Source: Bacteroidota bacterium (lineage in GTDB: Bacteria > Bacteroidota > Bacteroidia > Chitinophagales > UBA2359). Taken from it: a stretch of DNA of 18,590 nt. The notes under the pieces were generated by a model. The model made no database searches. It had not been told where the DNA came from and saw nothing but the letters and a program-made list of their open reading frames with translations. Each line of letters begins with the position of its first letter. Position 1 is the stretch's first letter. Location of the stretch: the NCBI GenBank assembly GCA_020630215.1, contig JAHDBT010000040.1:1-18590 (forward strand), in the 5' to 3' direction. Of the stretch, positions 18,101-18,590 are shown one piece after another. The translations under genes were made by a program, and so were the position numbers.

Positions 18101-18201
18101 TTTTGTGCTTGTACATTGTTGGTTGTTGTGGTAGAAGAGCCTATTAAGGTGCATAAAACTAATATGCTTATGCGGAAGGATTGAAGTAACATCTCTTTCA
18201 T
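12172..18201 (-). CDS. Giant (2009 aa) T9SS-secreted cell-surface protein with N-terminal signal peptide and C-terminal Por-secretion sorting domain
   Basis: ATG at 18201 gives MKEMLLQSFRISILVLCTLIGSSTTTTNNVQAQ, a signal peptide. An upstream in-frame TTG at 18237 is an alternative start. The C-terminus NYPNPFNDETVIFFALEEASEYTLNVFAVDGRKVFSTSKV...LSAGIYFYQLNAKHKIISNVMLAVDK is a canonical T9SS CTD. The body is rich in Thr/Ser/Asn/Gly/Tyr with many paired Cys, which suits an adhesin or surface-layer protein. It has a single uninterrupted frame of 6 kb. Confidence 0.9.
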   Translation of the reverse strand: MKEMLLQSFRISILVLCTLIGSSTTTTNNVQAQNLSITETTDFLSTFLSECASADTLSITIENPETPVTATNLSLVYSLPNTIEYVSYIPSANIISVDDSDISALVFNLSDLAYQGSSTVQILARAKCGANGESELYSQLTANYQINGVPNSDVGVGENLIGVVKKPSVQFAGVTNMVQNNGLIGQSFSRSYSVTNTGILSALEKFTFESTMEEGVSFVSLLVDGIEVTPAIDGNTISYEVNKLLRNLDNYPNDEAIIEEVIMVNACTNPNVGSTSFVRWGCDNATCEQEDLFPNIQTPVGIPAVVATLGVADLPACWSEMAKGRITLTNNGTGTATNIQYNLLNDMEDYNNNYIVESSFTIQKEGEAVQALMLDSATGAYSGPHCYSGGGIINTEFAFTIDFMQPGETFYVDFDFERCVLINPNPACNNKQWFEVWESEGTFGGTCNFETATMPMLEFNAEAFHWTASLPDAPLDMDDGDEGTFEINYTNAYLQGFTDDGTGHVAVEIDIPLGLCLPGTNDFAMIHGVNTKTLPTSVEIDDDNGLISLQFPPQSYVNNRILFDVVACCNALGGVSSGWQNVTAQTFFESSDNCTSSNLHTLHCQLSTPIRIQCGAGCDLGGMRFLSFSTARTTFGQADNDDNGQADGSGSLDMSKVRTDRLFLQDEFTSEFRGTVVTNENSPQAFDYGYAEVNMPLFGSYIDRLDAAINIYDASTGNTYTCSEVPFTVSTSGETRTWRYDFSVDELAALPCTDIPMDFSYANGDSISVVANYKVNGSFSGMKVAVFDTNYYLTTSENGTPYVCNNYAVRMVAYGYNVTNLGTLDHTLDGCESQNLGTEYLERYFNYFYIGNNIGNSSRQFPYEYRQMIALDEMTYTVPVGYTMESLTVYQRRNVGGFSSVVESATLTPISTSGNTQTYDLSSIYTINGGSIPLPDEGIRLQFSPKVSANCDATAGIGNVTLDYETTFLDPSGIQRTTTANYDVVPPDINFQILGGQTSILAAVESVETVDIRLRNEAPFSDADHVFVSYDSPGGYIIVDSVYNITDNVWLTLNNDFWEYGFLGQADDYVDLRFYYTYNICQQREFDIVAGWGGCDAYPSSVAANPCQVFRTTLMLDPVVPEVQTAIVNKSYTYTDLCEEFDYTVSVSNRDPGVARNLSFDLLLPLGSNLDIIEGYSKVEYMGTVYDVEPTPISERLFRWDISGIVAGLEANGLRPYAERPANEYLVSVKLATACGFISGGSLQFISNADGTCGEPLYSAADATLPIRLNAALDYEQIYAPLMAQDTSSRSQFTIMMLNKTPETGDPTSSRDHYYLTLPKGYAYIEGSSNFTQYIPSTTEPTIEVLDGITRLDWFFADGIPTQDTMIWDIDFEVDTVLVGCDVSLFKAQTLTEIQATCVSSGETCGVLVTSKEDEFYFSQCFGSGSGKTAGLESNGDLASKIAKRKYQQRRTSNTKNIEKEQLIKFTEKAARKGDIQTIQSEAAKANQKSGISDLIKFIPEKGMYDSQAYISTPADLIDITNAEEVFAVDYFSGEERYGAILALSTYDQVYEHTKVICDRFSGATLTDIGHINIQYQPFIYYVLEQPDGTVEYGISFTAHSGGYGGLYIDNRWDLEDYDELPVNFNFQVWSSTLDLAEDLMIRVLDLMKEETTGLVYANNDAPTIPEVYVRKGNYNKGKLNLNIQNNNNATEVTLRGTYKTTETEERQQFEEVIALSGAAQEEVVLDLGSVYDIGFNVKNNVNSQVDVIYSADGTWFTETPSSTQIDSYEVSPYITNLDDHNSDDMIVERNVELTGTVGSYLSVVRNLRPRSASADVSNYNVLAFTAEVEGPQIMTVTVAKAGINNWDEQFKIQVPLSTSSTIHEIWLGDLVSETGNMFDRSDVQSVVFTISGASSETGSMPFELNISDVRFKNANAPTENILNAGTISNYPNPFNDETVIFFALEEASEYTLNVFAVDGRKVFSTSKVGVEGKNRVVFKRGELSAGIYFYQLNAKHKIISNVMLAVDK

Positions 18202-18386
18202 GATCAATTGTCTTTTTTTTATAAGTTCGCTTATCAATAGATGGTTATACGTACTATTGTAAGTAAAGTTAATGCCAAGCCGCTAAGTTCTTGGTTGTCA
18301 ATTGATTAAAAACTTCTTGTATGTAGGGGAGTTATTTGTTTTGGGAGGGGAGTTTCAAAATGGGAATGAATAGCAATATTTTTTAC

Positions 18387-18425
18387 AAAAAAAAGCTCTA
18401 TCTACACTTAATTTGCAGATAGCGC
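18387..18425 (-). terminator. Rho-independent terminator (minus strand) for the HTH gene at the right edge
   Basis: Imperfect 12-bp hairpin gctctatctaca (18395-18406) / tgcagatagcgc (18414-18425) with 2 mismatches. It is preceded on plus by aaaaaaaa (18387-18394), which is a U-run after the hairpin on the minus strand. It lies 25 bp past the stop of the 18450-18590 ORF. Confidence 0.45.
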
Positions 18426-18449
18426 TTTTGATAGTTGACGATTGTTTTT

Positions 18450-18590
18450 TTATGCTTCAATTAATCCGTGTTTAACCAAAATAGCTTTTACTTTTGCTTC
18501 GCTAATTTCTAGCGCATTGGCGATGAAGGAGATGGAAAAATCTTTTTTAAAGAGTTTGATAACGATGTTTTCTTGTTCTTCCTCTTTGCC
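18450..18590 (-). CDS. C-terminal 46 codons of a small helix-turn-helix DNA-binding protein (3' partial, gene starts beyond the window end)
   Basis: Minus-strand translation gives ...GKEEEQENIVIKLFKKDFSISFIANALEISEAKVKAILVKHGLIEA*. The stretch SISFIANALEISEAKVKAIL is a classic HTH pattern, resembling sigma-70 region-4 or transposase HTH. Stop TAA is at 18450-18452. The frame is open to the window edge. Confidence 0.45.
   Translation of the reverse strand, partial: GKEEEQENIVIKLFKKDFSISFIANALEISEAKVKAILVKHGLIEA

Noticed and set aside
12413-18184. Plus-strand ORFs 12413-12643, 13691-13954 and 17954-18184.
   Set aside because: They are antisense to the single 6-kb T9SS cargo CDS, which has unambiguous signal-peptide and CTD ends. 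They are short with no motifs.

Overview
The window is low-GC DNA (about 37% by eye) that looks like Bacteroidota. The evidence is two type IX secretion (T9SS) C-terminal sorting domains, one candidate TAnnTTTG promoter motif, and weak or absent Shine-Dalgarno sequences. Gene order, left to right:

- The 5' end of a TIR-domain gene on the minus strand (1-119), cut off at the window edge.
- A divergent intergenic region carrying a 45-bp tandem array of TTCCAGT-n3-ACTGGAA hairpins (286-450).
- mfd, transcription-repair coupling factor (497-3883, +).
- A four-helix membrane protein (4366-4830, +).
- A Thr-rich mini-ORF of 17 codons that ends inside a strong plus-strand intrinsic terminator (4953-5054).
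- A T9SS C-terminal domain with no cargo (5144-5422), probably a gene remnant.
- A two-TM sensor histidine kinase with no response regulator in the window (5572-7530, +).
- Two tandem paralogous genes (7600-9339 and 9606-11357, +), each encoding an SPFH/band-7-like domain, two colinear CxxC-(n)-CxxC zinc ribbons and a conserved C-terminal domain I cannot place. This pair is my best candidate for an undescribed module.
- A ~158-bp tandem array of four minus-strand intrinsic terminators (about 11597-12200). Each unit carries a degenerate copy of the last codons of the downstream gene. Stem changes are compensatory between units, and unit 4 keeps full pairing only as minus-strand RNA (G-U wobble).
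- A 2009-aa T9SS-secreted surface protein (12172-18201, -).
- The 3' end of a small HTH protein gene with its own terminator (18387-18590, -).

Antisense ORFs inside mfd and inside the giant gene, and the plus-strand ORFs inside the repeat array, are treated as artefacts. All domain calls rest on motifs read by eye. No database search was possible.
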